Assembly: GCA_963847705.1 (NCBI GenBank)
Contig: CAWKBC010000030.1
Coordinates: forward strand, 256,001 to 320,000
DNA: 64,000 nucleotides
Direction: 5' to 3'
DNA from: an uncultured Pseudomonadota bacterium
GTDB taxonomy: Bacteria; Myxococcota_A; Polyangia; Fen-1088
Positions 10,088 through 17,983 of this stretch are shown here, in pieces (the first letter of the stretch is position 1; the number at the start of each line of letters is the position of its first letter). The translations under genes and the position numbers were made by a program. The notes beneath the pieces are model-generated. The model was not told the origin of the DNA. It worked only from the letters and a program-made list of their open reading frames with translations, and ran no database searches.

Positions 10088-11010
10088 AACCAGCCCCCGA
10101 GCGTGCTCTCCGCGCCCAGGTACGCCCGCCGGTTGTCGATGGTGTTGGCGGTGTGGACGATGTCGACGTAGCCGTCGGGGCCGAAGCCGACGAAGAAGTG
10201 CTGGGCCAGATGCAGCAGGACGGGGGCGTAGATCTGGACGAAGGCCGCGTTCTCGGTGATCACGGTGTCGGGGCCGATGGGGAAGGACGTCCCGTCGACG
10301 CTCACGGAGCCCCCCATGGGAGCCGACAGCGTCGTTCGGCTCTGCCAGACCCCCAGCGAGAGCTTGGGCCAGAACGAGACCCGGTCCCCCAGCCAAAAGT
10401 TGCCGCCCAGCGCGACGGTCGCCCCGAACGTGAGGGCCTTGTCCCCGATGTCGATGCCGGAGGTGCTGTCGGTGTAGCGAAAGAACGCCGAGACCCCTTC
10501 CGAGAAGCTCGGGGCCGAGAAGTAGTCGAACGCTGGCTGGATGCTCACCGAGGTGCTCGAGCTGCCGCCGGAGCTGTAACCGAGGTGGCCGAAGCTGGCG
10601 CTGAGGGCGCCCGTGAATGCCATTGCCCCCGCGTCGCCGAAGCGAACCGGTGGCTTGGACGCAGCTTCCTCGTCGGCGCTGGGAAGCTCCGGCGTGACGA
10701 CAGGCTTGCTCGCGCCGGTCGAAGTGGGCTCGAGGAGCAGCGGGGCCGGGGCAGCTGGCGGCGCGGGCGCTGCTGGAGCGGTCACCAGCGATGACGATGG
10801 GGGCGCCACCGGTTCGGCCGCCGGTTCGCCCGTGGGTGCGGCCGCCGGCCCGCCCGCGGGTGCGGCCGCCGGCTCGCCCGCAGGTGCGGTCGCCGGCCCG
10901 CCCGTGGGTGCGGTCGCCGGCCCGCCCGCAGGTGCGGTCGCCGCGACGCTGGCGCGAGGGTCACCGGCCAGGAACGCCGCGACCATCAGGGCTGTCAGCA
11001 AACCGCTCAT
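10084..11010 (-). CDS. Outer-membrane beta-barrel protein with a Pro/Ala-rich repetitive N-terminal linker
   Basis: Signal peptide, alternating amphipathic strands, C-terminal GGWF. Confidence 0.65.
   Translation of the reverse strand: MSGLLTALMVAAFLAGDPRASVAATAPAGGPATAPTGGPATAPAGEPAAAPAGGPAAAPTGEPAAEPVAPPSSSLVTAPAAPAPPAAPAPLLLEPTSTGASKPVVTPELPSADEEAASKPPVRFGDAGAMAFTGALSASFGHLGYSSGGSSSTSVSIQPAFDYFSAPSFSEGVSAFFRYTDSTSGIDIGDKALTFGATVALGGNFWLGDRVSFWPKLSLGVWQSRTTLSAPMGGSVSVDGTSFPIGPDTVITENAAFVQIYAPVLLHLAQHFFVGFGPDGYVDIVHTANTIDNRRAYLGAESTLGGWF
10811..10943. repeat. 24-bp coding tandem repeat (~5.5 copies) encoding AP(A/T)G(G/E)PA(A/T)
   Basis: Unit GGTGCGGYCGCCGGCYCGCCCGYR read directly from the sequence. 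Confidence 0.9.
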
Positions 11011-11046
11011 CGTCGAGTCTCTGTATCACGATCGCTGCCGCGAGAG

Positions 11047-11523
11047 CTATCGACGCTTTGTTGTCGGCGTGGCCCGCGGGACGCCCCTGAGGAGCGCCGC
11101 GATCTCGGCGATCCCCAGCCGGCTGCCGGCGACGGTGAGCGGGGCCAGCGTCCGGGCGAGGAAGGCCAGCTGCCCGGCGTCTTCGAGGTCCGCGAAGAGG
11201 ATGGCGGGGAGCGCGACGCCGGAGGCGCGAAGCCGTCGCAGGATCAGGATCCCCTGCGTCTCGGCCAGCCGCGTGCGTGTCCCGGCGTCCATCGCCGCGG
11301 GCGCCGGTCCCTGCTCGTCGACCAGCCGGTCAGCCGGCGTGCGGCGAAAATCGAGATCGAGCAGGAGCGCGTCGGCGTCCGCCGCGGCGTCGCGCGCTTC
11401 GCCGAAGTCCTGCGCCGGGAGAAAATCGAACGACTCGCCCAGGAAGCGCCGGAAGCGCTCCAGGTACTCGGCGCCGTCCTCGCAGACGACGAAGCGGAGG
11501 CGGGCCTCGGCCGGCGAGGTCAC
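11047..11523 (-). CDS. Stand-alone atypical response-regulator receiver protein (~158 aa)
   Basis: FVVCED acidic pocket, LLLDLDF phosphoacceptor strand, QGILILRRLR...LPAILF. GTG start overlaps the upstream TGA (GTGA). Confidence 0.72.
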   Translation of the reverse strand: MTSPAEARLRFVVCEDGAEYLERFRRFLGESFDFLPAQDFGEARDAAADADALLLDLDFRRTPADRLVDEQGPAPAAMDAGTRTRLAETQGILILRRLRASGVALPAILFADLEDAGQLAFLARTLAPLTVAGSRLGIAEIAALLRGVPRATPTTKRR

Positions 11524-14474
11524 AGCGGAAACGACGCCCCCACCAGCTTGACCAGCGGCGCCGGCTCGGGACGCACCACCAGATGCCCGCGCCAGGCGCG
11601 CACCAGATCGCGCACGATCGCCAGGCCCCGCCCGCTCTCGCGCGCCTCGATCGACTCCAGCGTCAACGCCGCGGGCGCCGAGTCGCCGACCAGCAGCGTG
11701 ACCCACTGGCGCCCGGTCACGTCGCGCTCGCGATCCGCGCGGATGACCACCCGAGCCTCGGGCCTGCCGTCGACGGCGGCCTGGGCGTTGCGCAGGAGGT
11801 TGCTGAAGACGGCTGCCAGCGCGTCGAGCTCGACGGGAAAGTCGAGATCGAGATCGGCCAGGGAGAGACCGGGGGCGGCCCACCCGTGTCCCCCCTGTCG
11901 CCGCTCGGCCTCGACGGCGCCGACCCAGCGCGAGAGCGCCCCGGCGTCGAGGCGGGTGCGTGGGCCCATCTTCAGCAGGGCGTCGAGCGCGTCGGCGTGC
12001 AGGCCGCGCAGGCGGCGATCGATCGCGGCGAGCTCGTCGCGGCCGTCGCGCGGCGCGCGCGTGGCCAGGAGCTCGGCGCGGGCCAGCTCGCGGGTGAGCG
12101 CGCCGAAGACCGGCTCGCGCGCCAGCGGCCGCAGCGGCGCCCCCGCACCGCGCGCCGCCCGCACCAGGCGCTCGTAGATTCCGGTCACCACCAGCGAGGT
12201 GGGGCGTGGCTCGGTCAGCGCGCGGGCGATCTCCTCGGGGGCCACCCGCGGATCGAGCGCGGCGCCGATCACCCCGGCCCGGTGCTTGAGGACGTCGTGG
12301 CGCAGCTCGGCGACGGCGCCCGCCACCTCGGGGAAGAGAGCGGGCCGCTTGCGCAGCGCCGCCTCGACGGTCCGACCGCCCCAGCGGCGTCGGGCCAGGA
12401 GCGCGAGCGCCGTCAGCGCCAGCGCGAAGGCGGCCAGCTCCATGCGCCGCCGCCGCGCGCGCCGGGTCTCCTCGGCGGCGTGCCACGACTGGGAGAGCTC
12501 CCGCTCGGCAGCCTCGGCCGCCGGAATCCAGCTGTCCGCCGGGACCGGAGCTCTCGCGGCGAGGGCGAGCGCCTTGCCCACCCGCGTCCGGGCCGCGGCG
12601 GCGTCGCCTGTCGCGCTCGCCGGGAGCTCCAGCCGGGCCAGCGCCCACCAGGCTGCGGCGACATCGAGATTGGCCGCCTGCTCGAGCCTCCGGCGATCGA
12701 CCAGACGCAGCTCGCTGTCGGGGAGCCTGGCCGCCAGGCGCGCCAGCCGGACCAGCGCGCCGCGGTCTCCGGCGGCGCCGGCCATCTCGTAGCAGTCGCG
12801 CGCCGCGGCTCGCTGATCGGCGTATTCGTAGACCATCCCGATCGCCACCAGCCGCTCGGTCGGCAGCTCGCGCGTGCAGGTCCCCCCGAGCGCGCGCAGC
12901 GCCGCGTCCGGTCGATCTTCGATCAATCGAATGCGGGCCAGCAGGCGAGGAGCGAGGTGCGCGTCGTCGCTGCGTCCGTCGCGTTCCGAGGGGTCGGTCT
13001 TCTCGCCGAGCCCGGCGCGGAGCGCGCGTGCCTCGGCCAGGTGCTCCGGGTTGGGCTCGCGCGCCACGTAGGCGACCAGATCCGCCAGCGCACCGGCGCG
13101 GTCGCCCGCCACGGCGCGGGTGGCCGCCCGCGCGAACCGCGCCTCCTGCACGTCGAGCGCCACGGCACGATCGATCCAGGGGGCCACCAGCGCGTCGCTG
13201 TCGGCCACCAGCGGGCCGGTTTTGTCGGCCTGGTCCGTCTTGTCGACCTTGCCCAGCTTGCGCACCCCGTCGGCCAGCATCCACAGCCCGGGGCCGTCGT
13301 CGTGGAGCGCATCGATCGTCGCCTGCGGCACGGTGCCGCCGAGCGCGTAGAGCGACACCGCGGCGGCGGCGAAGCCGGGCGAATCGGCCAGGGCCGCTTC
13401 GACCAGGTCGCGCCCCATGCCGATCGGATCGCCGACGTCGATCCACTCCTCGGCCTGCTGATAGAGGGCGCGCGCGTGCTCCGAGGGCGCGGCGCCTCGC
13501 GGCGCAGGCGCGCTGACCACGGCGCGCCGGCGGGCGATCTGGGCGCGCAGCTCGCGCAGATCCGACCAGGCCGGCTCGAGCGTGAGCGCCTGGCGCAGGG
13601 CCTCGTCGGCGCGATCGAGCTCCAGCGCCCCGCCGTGCGCGGCGAGCAGCCGCCCGAGCGCGCGCCAGGCCTCGGCGTTCGACGGCGCCAGGTTGACGGC
13701 GATCTCCAGATCTCGAATCGCGTCGTCGACCCGCTCGGCCGCCTCGAAGCGCTCCGCCTCCGCCGCCAGCCGCCGGGCCGTCGCGGGCGCGGGCGCCGGC
13801 CAGTCCTCGAGCGCGCGGGCCCGCTCGTCGAGGGCGATGGTGTCGAGCAGATCGAGCACCCGCTTGCGCTGCGCGCGCGACAGCGGCGGCGCCTCCGGGG
13901 CCAGCAGCGGTTGCAGCCGGGCCCGCGCCGCGGCCGTCCGCCCGACCGCCCGCTCGAACCCGGCCAGGCCGAGCAGCAGGTTGAAGCGCCCCTTGCGATC
14001 GTCCTTCAGCGCCTCCAGCCCCTTGTCGAGGAAGGCGACCACGGCGTCGCGCCGTTCCCAGCGCGCCGGATCCTCCGCCAGCAGGTCGGCCAGGTTCACG
14101 TAGGCGTAGTAGCGGCGCGGGTCTTTTTCGATCGCGCCGCGCAGGACCGCCTCCGCCTCGGCGCGGCGCCCCGCGCGCCCGAGCGCGAACCCCAGATCGG
14201 TCGCCAGCGCCGCGTTTCCCGGCTCGCGCGCGGCGGCCTTGGCGAAGAGCTCCGCCGCCTCGGCGTAGCTCCCCGCGCGCAGCCGCGCCATCGCCTGCGC
14301 GTGCTCGCCGCGCAGCGCCGCGCGCGCGTTGGCCGGCGCCAGCGACGGTGCGGCGGATTTGGAGGGAACCAGAGGTACGGGGGGCGCTTCCGTCGACGGC
14401 GGCGCGGTGCCGCCATCGAGCGCCCCGAGCGCCAGAACGACGGCCGTCGTCACCGCGCCGAGCGCCGCGATCAC
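11520..14474 (-). CDS. Membrane histidine kinase-like protein with a large extracytoplasmic TPR region
   Basis: N-terminal hydrophobic segment, many TPR helices, TM (LAAFALALTALALLA), H-box ELRHDVLKH, N-box VFSNLLRNA, G2 GRGLAIV. Start at the GTGA overlap. Confidence 0.75.
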   Translation of the reverse strand: MIAALGAVTTAVVLALGALDGGTAPPSTEAPPVPLVPSKSAAPSLAPANARAALRGEHAQAMARLRAGSYAEAAELFAKAAAREPGNAALATDLGFALGRAGRRAEAEAVLRGAIEKDPRRYYAYVNLADLLAEDPARWERRDAVVAFLDKGLEALKDDRKGRFNLLLGLAGFERAVGRTAAARARLQPLLAPEAPPLSRAQRKRVLDLLDTIALDERARALEDWPAPAPATARRLAAEAERFEAAERVDDAIRDLEIAVNLAPSNAEAWRALGRLLAAHGGALELDRADEALRQALTLEPAWSDLRELRAQIARRRAVVSAPAPRGAAPSEHARALYQQAEEWIDVGDPIGMGRDLVEAALADSPGFAAAAVSLYALGGTVPQATIDALHDDGPGLWMLADGVRKLGKVDKTDQADKTGPLVADSDALVAPWIDRAVALDVQEARFARAATRAVAGDRAGALADLVAYVAREPNPEHLAEARALRAGLGEKTDPSERDGRSDDAHLAPRLLARIRLIEDRPDAALRALGGTCTRELPTERLVAIGMVYEYADQRAAARDCYEMAGAAGDRGALVRLARLAARLPDSELRLVDRRRLEQAANLDVAAAWWALARLELPASATGDAAAARTRVGKALALAARAPVPADSWIPAAEAAERELSQSWHAAEETRRARRRRMELAAFALALTALALLARRRWGGRTVEAALRKRPALFPEVAGAVAELRHDVLKHRAGVIGAALDPRVAPEEIARALTEPRPTSLVVTGIYERLVRAARGAGAPLRPLAREPVFGALTRELARAELLATRAPRDGRDELAAIDRRLRGLHADALDALLKMGPRTRLDAGALSRWVGAVEAERRQGGHGWAAPGLSLADLDLDFPVELDALAAVFSNLLRNAQAAVDGRPEARVVIRADRERDVTGRQWVTLLVGDSAPAALTLESIEARESGRGLAIVRDLVRAWRGHLVVRPEPAPLVKLVGASFPL

Positions 14475-16189
14475 CCGCGGGCTCCGCGCAGATCGCGCAG
14501 CCGCAGACCGAGCTGGTTGAGACGCAGGTGGACCTGTCGGGCGGCGCCGCGCGGGCCCAGGAGCTCGCGCGCCATCCGCTCGAGATCGCCGTCGCAGGCG
14601 TCGAACATCGCGCGCAGGTACTGCCGCTCCACGTCGGCCGACAGGCGCGCGAAGCTGGCGGCGGCGCCGATCGCCACCTCGACCCGGCGGACGCCGCCGC
14701 GCTGCGCCGCCGCCGAGGCGCGTGCCCTGGGGGTGGTCACCGCGCCGAGCAGGCGCGCGATCAGCGGGTCGGGGACGTCGAGCACCGCCGGGCCGCGCGC
14801 GGCCGTGGCCGCCGGCCCGGCGTCGAGATGCTGGGTGAGCGCGAAGACCAGCGCGTTGGCGGCGAAGAGCCGCAGCTCGCGGTGATTGCCGGGCCATTCG
14901 TGCGCCACCAGGCGCTCCAGCGCCTCCCGGCTGATGAAGACCGAGAAGGCGTCGCGCCGGGCGGCGGTGGCGCGCGGACGGCCGAACACCACGACGTTCT
15001 CGCCGTCGGCGAAGTCGTCAGGCGTCGGGAACCGGGCCAGGTAGGCGCGGGCCAGCGGCCGCAGCGGCTCCGAGCGCAGCGCCTCGAGAAACGCGAAGCG
15101 GACCAGGTCGGGGAGATCCTCGCGCCGCTCGCGCAGCGCCGGCACCCGCAGCCGCGTGGCCGGGTTGAGCCGCATGTAGAGATCGGCCCGGAAGCGCCCG
15201 GCGTGCACCAGCGCCTCGACGTCCTCGTGCGTGGCGGCCACCAGCTTGGGGGCGGCCGGCCGGGCCCGCGTGTCGCCGAGCCGCGTGACCGTGCCCCGCT
15301 CCAGCACCAGCAGGAGCTGCCGCTGCAGATCGAGCTCCAGGTTGGCGATCTCGTCGAGGAACAGCGTCCCGCCGTGCGCCTGTTCGAACACGCCGGCGTG
15401 ATCCTCGACGGCGCCGGTGTAGGCGCCGCGCCGCGCCCCGAACAGGTGCGCCGCCAGCAGCGCGGGCGGCACCGTCGACAGATCGGTCACCACCAGCGGC
15501 CCCTTGGCGCCCGAGCGTGGGTGGATCACGTGCTCCGCCAGGAAGCTCTTGCCGGTGCCGGTCTCACCCTCGACCAGGAGCGGCAGCGGTGACCGGACCA
15601 GCGTCTCGATCTGGCGCCGCAAGTCGGTCATGGCGGGCGCGCGCCCCCAGAAGATCGGTCCCTCCTGCGCGCTGTGCGACAGGGCCAGCGCGCGCGAGAT
15701 CTCGGCGGCCAGGCTGCGGCTGTCGACCACCTCGTTCTCGCACAGGTAGACCAGGGGATCGGCCGGCCGCTCGGCGCCGAGGTCGGAGCCGGTGGTGGTC
15801 AGCATGACCACCGGCAGCGTCGGATAGGTGGCCCGCAGCTTCTCCAGAATGAGCAGGCCCTGCCGGCGCCGCAGCTGCTCCAGCGCCGCGCGCCGCAGCT
15901 TGGCTTCGACCGGCAGCTCGGACTTGTCCTCGGGGAGCAGCCGCTCCTCCGGCAGCGCGAAGTGCAGATCGAGCACCACCAGATCGGGCAGCGCCGGCTG
16001 CCGCCCCAGCGCCTCGGCCGCCTCGGCGTAGTCGTGCGCGCAGCGCAGCGGGCAGCCGCGCGTCCGCTCCTCGCAGACCTGGCAGGGGATGCGGCGGTCG
16101 CAGCGGGTGACGGTCTCGAACTGCGGCATCTGCCGGTGGACCATCTCCACCGTCTGGTCGCGATCGTCGATCACCAGGAGACGCGGCAT
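14471..16189 (-). CDS. Sigma-54 enhancer-binding protein (receiver-AAA+-Fis HTH) with a Cys-rich insert
   Basis: Walker A GETGTGKS, HLFGARRGAYTGA loop, Walker B TLFLDEI, FRADLYMRL, WPGNHREL; receiver LLVIDD. Confidence 0.9.
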   Translation of the reverse strand: MPRLLVIDDRDQTVEMVHRQMPQFETVTRCDRRIPCQVCEERTRGCPLRCAHDYAEAAEALGRQPALPDLVVLDLHFALPEERLLPEDKSELPVEAKLRRAALEQLRRRQGLLILEKLRATYPTLPVVMLTTTGSDLGAERPADPLVYLCENEVVDSRSLAAEISRALALSHSAQEGPIFWGRAPAMTDLRRQIETLVRSPLPLLVEGETGTGKSFLAEHVIHPRSGAKGPLVVTDLSTVPPALLAAHLFGARRGAYTGAVEDHAGVFEQAHGGTLFLDEIANLELDLQRQLLLVLERGTVTRLGDTRARPAAPKLVAATHEDVEALVHAGRFRADLYMRLNPATRLRVPALRERREDLPDLVRFAFLEALRSEPLRPLARAYLARFPTPDDFADGENVVVFGRPRATAARRDAFSVFISREALERLVAHEWPGNHRELRLFAANALVFALTQHLDAGPAATAARGPAVLDVPDPLIARLLGAVTTPRARASAAAQRGGVRRVEVAIGAAASFARLSADVERQYLRAMFDACDGDLERMARELLGPRGAARQVHLRLNQLGLRLRDLRGARG

Positions 16190-16191
16190 CG

Positions 16192-16542
16192 TTACTTCCC
16201 TTCTCCCTGTTTCTCTTCCAAGGAGCGCGCCAACGCGTCGAAGGCGGGCTCCAGCGCCAGGACGCCGTCGACGTCGCCCGCCGCGCCCGCCGAGACGGCG
16301 CGGGTCAGCGCCGCTTCGAAGCGCCCGAGCGCGCCGCCGCTGGCCGCGCCGTGCGGCCCGTCGGCGGCGAGCGCGCGCCACAGAGCGTGCGGGGTGGTGG
16401 GGGCGCCTTCATCGTCGACGAGATGGGCGACCAGCTCGCCCGGGGCTGGCACACCGCCCAGGTCGCGCCGATCGCGCGCCGGCCAGACCAGCCGCTTGAC
16501 CAGATCGTGCCGGACGCGGGCCAGCCAGCGGTCGTTCTCCAC
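16192..16542 (-). CDS. Small helical protein with an H-box-like motif (candidate histidine phosphotransferase)
   Basis: LARVRHDLVK resembles the kinase VAELRHDVLK. First gene of the operon. Confidence 0.55.
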   Translation of the reverse strand: MENDRWLARVRHDLVKRLVWPARDRRDLGGVPAPGELVAHLVDDEGAPTTPHALWRALAADGPHGAASGGALGRFEAALTRAVSAGAAGDVDGVLALEPAFDALARSLEEKQGEGK

Positions 16543-16549
16543 GCTCTCG

Positions 16550-16572
16550 ATTGTATAGAGTTAAATATTTAA
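16550..16572 (-). promoter_or_regulatory. Sigma-70-type -10 box (TACAAT) 7 nt before GTG 16542, plus the AT-rich palindrome TTAAATATTTAA
   Basis: TACAAT at 16555-16550 on the minus strand; perfect 12-bp palindrome at 16561-16572 in GC-rich DNA. Confidence 0.6.
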
Positions 16573-16630
16573 AAGGTAGAGCCACGGCTCGGGTGGGGCG
16601 CGGGGGGCTCGCTGGCGCGCGGGGCGGCCC

Positions 16631-16647
16631 CGGCACGGCGGCTGCAA
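16631..16647 (+). promoter_or_regulatory. Sigma-54 -24/-12 promoter
   Basis: CGGCACGGCGGCTGCA: GG(16632-33)-N10-GC(16644-45), close to TGGCACG-N4-[14 protein letters not shown] precedes ATG 16695. Confidence 0.75.
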
Positions 16648-16694
16648 TTCGGACAGGCGTCGCCTTCTGACGTCCGTCGAACAAGGAGCCCGCC

Positions 16695-17981
16695 ATGGAA
16701 CCGTTCAAGCACCGCTTCAAACAGCTCGTCTTCAAGAGCTACGTCTTCACCCGCGCCGCCGGCGCCGCCGTCGTGCTGGGCTGCATCGAGGTCTTCGGCA
16801 GCCCGCGCGGCCGCCGCTACCTGGGCGGCGCCGCGCTGGTCGGCTGCGCGCTGCTGCTGGTGTTTCGCCCGCCCGTGCAGGTGGTCGCGCCCGGCGAGAT
16901 CGGCGTGCGCCTCAACCGCCTCACCGGCGGCGTCAGCGTGGTCCCTTCCGGGCCGACCTTGATGGTGCCGCTCGTTCACGAGCTGCGGCGCTATGACCTT
17001 CGCGATCAGGTTTACCGCCCGCAAGAGAGCGCCACCGCGGAGGGGGCGGCGCCGTTCCAGTCGCTCGAGGGGCTGTCGGTCGGGGTGGCGGTGACCGTGC
17101 GCTACGCGCTCGATCCGGCCCGCGTCGGTGAGGTGGCCAAGCGCCTGCCGGCCAACGTCGGCGCCGATCTGATCGAGCCGGTCGTCGACGGCGTCCTTCA
17201 CCACGCGCTGTCGCGGCACACGGTGCGCGAGATCTTCAGCGACAAGCGGGTCGAGATTCAGGACGACATCCAGGCGGAGCTGCGCGAGCTGCTCGGCAAG
17301 GATGGGATCACGGTCCGCTCCCTCTACCTCGGCCACATCGATCTGCCGGCGCAGTACCGCGCCGGCCTGGAGGGGATGCTCGCCGAGGAGCTGGCCAGCG
17401 AGAAGATGCGCTACACGCTGCAGCTCAAAGAGAAGAAGGTGAAGGAGTCGGAGCTGGAGGGCGACGCCGCCAAGGTGACGCGCGAGAGGGCTGCCGAGGC
17501 CGCCGCCTCCGAGGAGATCATCGCCGCCAAGGCGCGCGAGGAGGCGATGAAGCACGTGCTGCCGCTCAAGGAGAAGGAGATCGAGCAGCGGCGCCTGGAG
17601 GCCGAGGCGCGCAAGGTGCAGCGGATGAAGGACGCCGAGGGTGAGGCGGAGGCGCGCAAGATCGAGACGGTCGCCGAGGCCGACTCGCGCCGCAAGCTCT
17701 CCGACGCCGACGCTTACCGCATCGAGGTGACCGGCAAGGCCAACAACGCGCAGATGGCGCGCGAGTCGGCGCTCATCGCCAGGAACCCGCTGCTGATTCA
17801 GAAGACGCTGGCCGACAAGCTCTCCGACAAGATCCAGGTCATCGTGGCGCCGCCGTCGGCGGGCGGCTTCTTCGCGGGCGGCCTGCTCGGGATGCAGAGC
17901 CACACCGCCGGCGCGGCCACCTCACCCCCGGTCGCCGCCAACGTCACCCCGGCCAACGACAACGCCGCGGAGGGGGAGTAA
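16695..17981 (+). CDS. SPFH/prohibitin-family membrane protein with a coiled-coil C-terminus
   Basis: TM followed by GEIGVR, QSLEGL.V.V.VTVRY and REIFS; long EA-rich coiled coil. Confidence 0.88.
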   Translation: MEPFKHRFKQLVFKSYVFTRAAGAAVVLGCIEVFGSPRGRRYLGGAALVGCALLLVFRPPVQVVAPGEIGVRLNRLTGGVSVVPSGPTLMVPLVHELRRYDLRDQVYRPQESATAEGAAPFQSLEGLSVGVAVTVRYALDPARVGEVAKRLPANVGADLIEPVVDGVLHHALSRHTVREIFSDKRVEIQDDIQAELRELLGKDGITVRSLYLGHIDLPAQYRAGLEGMLAEELASEKMRYTLQLKEKKVKESELEGDAAKVTRERAAEAAASEEIIAAKAREEAMKHVLPLKEKEIEQRRLEAEARKVQRMKDAEGEAEARKIETVAEADSRRKLSDADAYRIEVTGKANNAQMARESALIARNPLLIQKTLADKLSDKIQVIVAPPSAGGFFAGGLLGMQSHTAGAATSPPVAANVTPANDNAAEGE

Positions 17982-17983
17982 CC

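Noticed and set aside
11277-14885. Very long alternative-frame or antisense ORFs (1202 aa here; also 20968-23451, 29051-31615, 60207-63164 and others)
   Set aside because: R/A/G/P-rich shadow ORFs expected at high GC. They overlap genes with clear family motifs and have none themselves.
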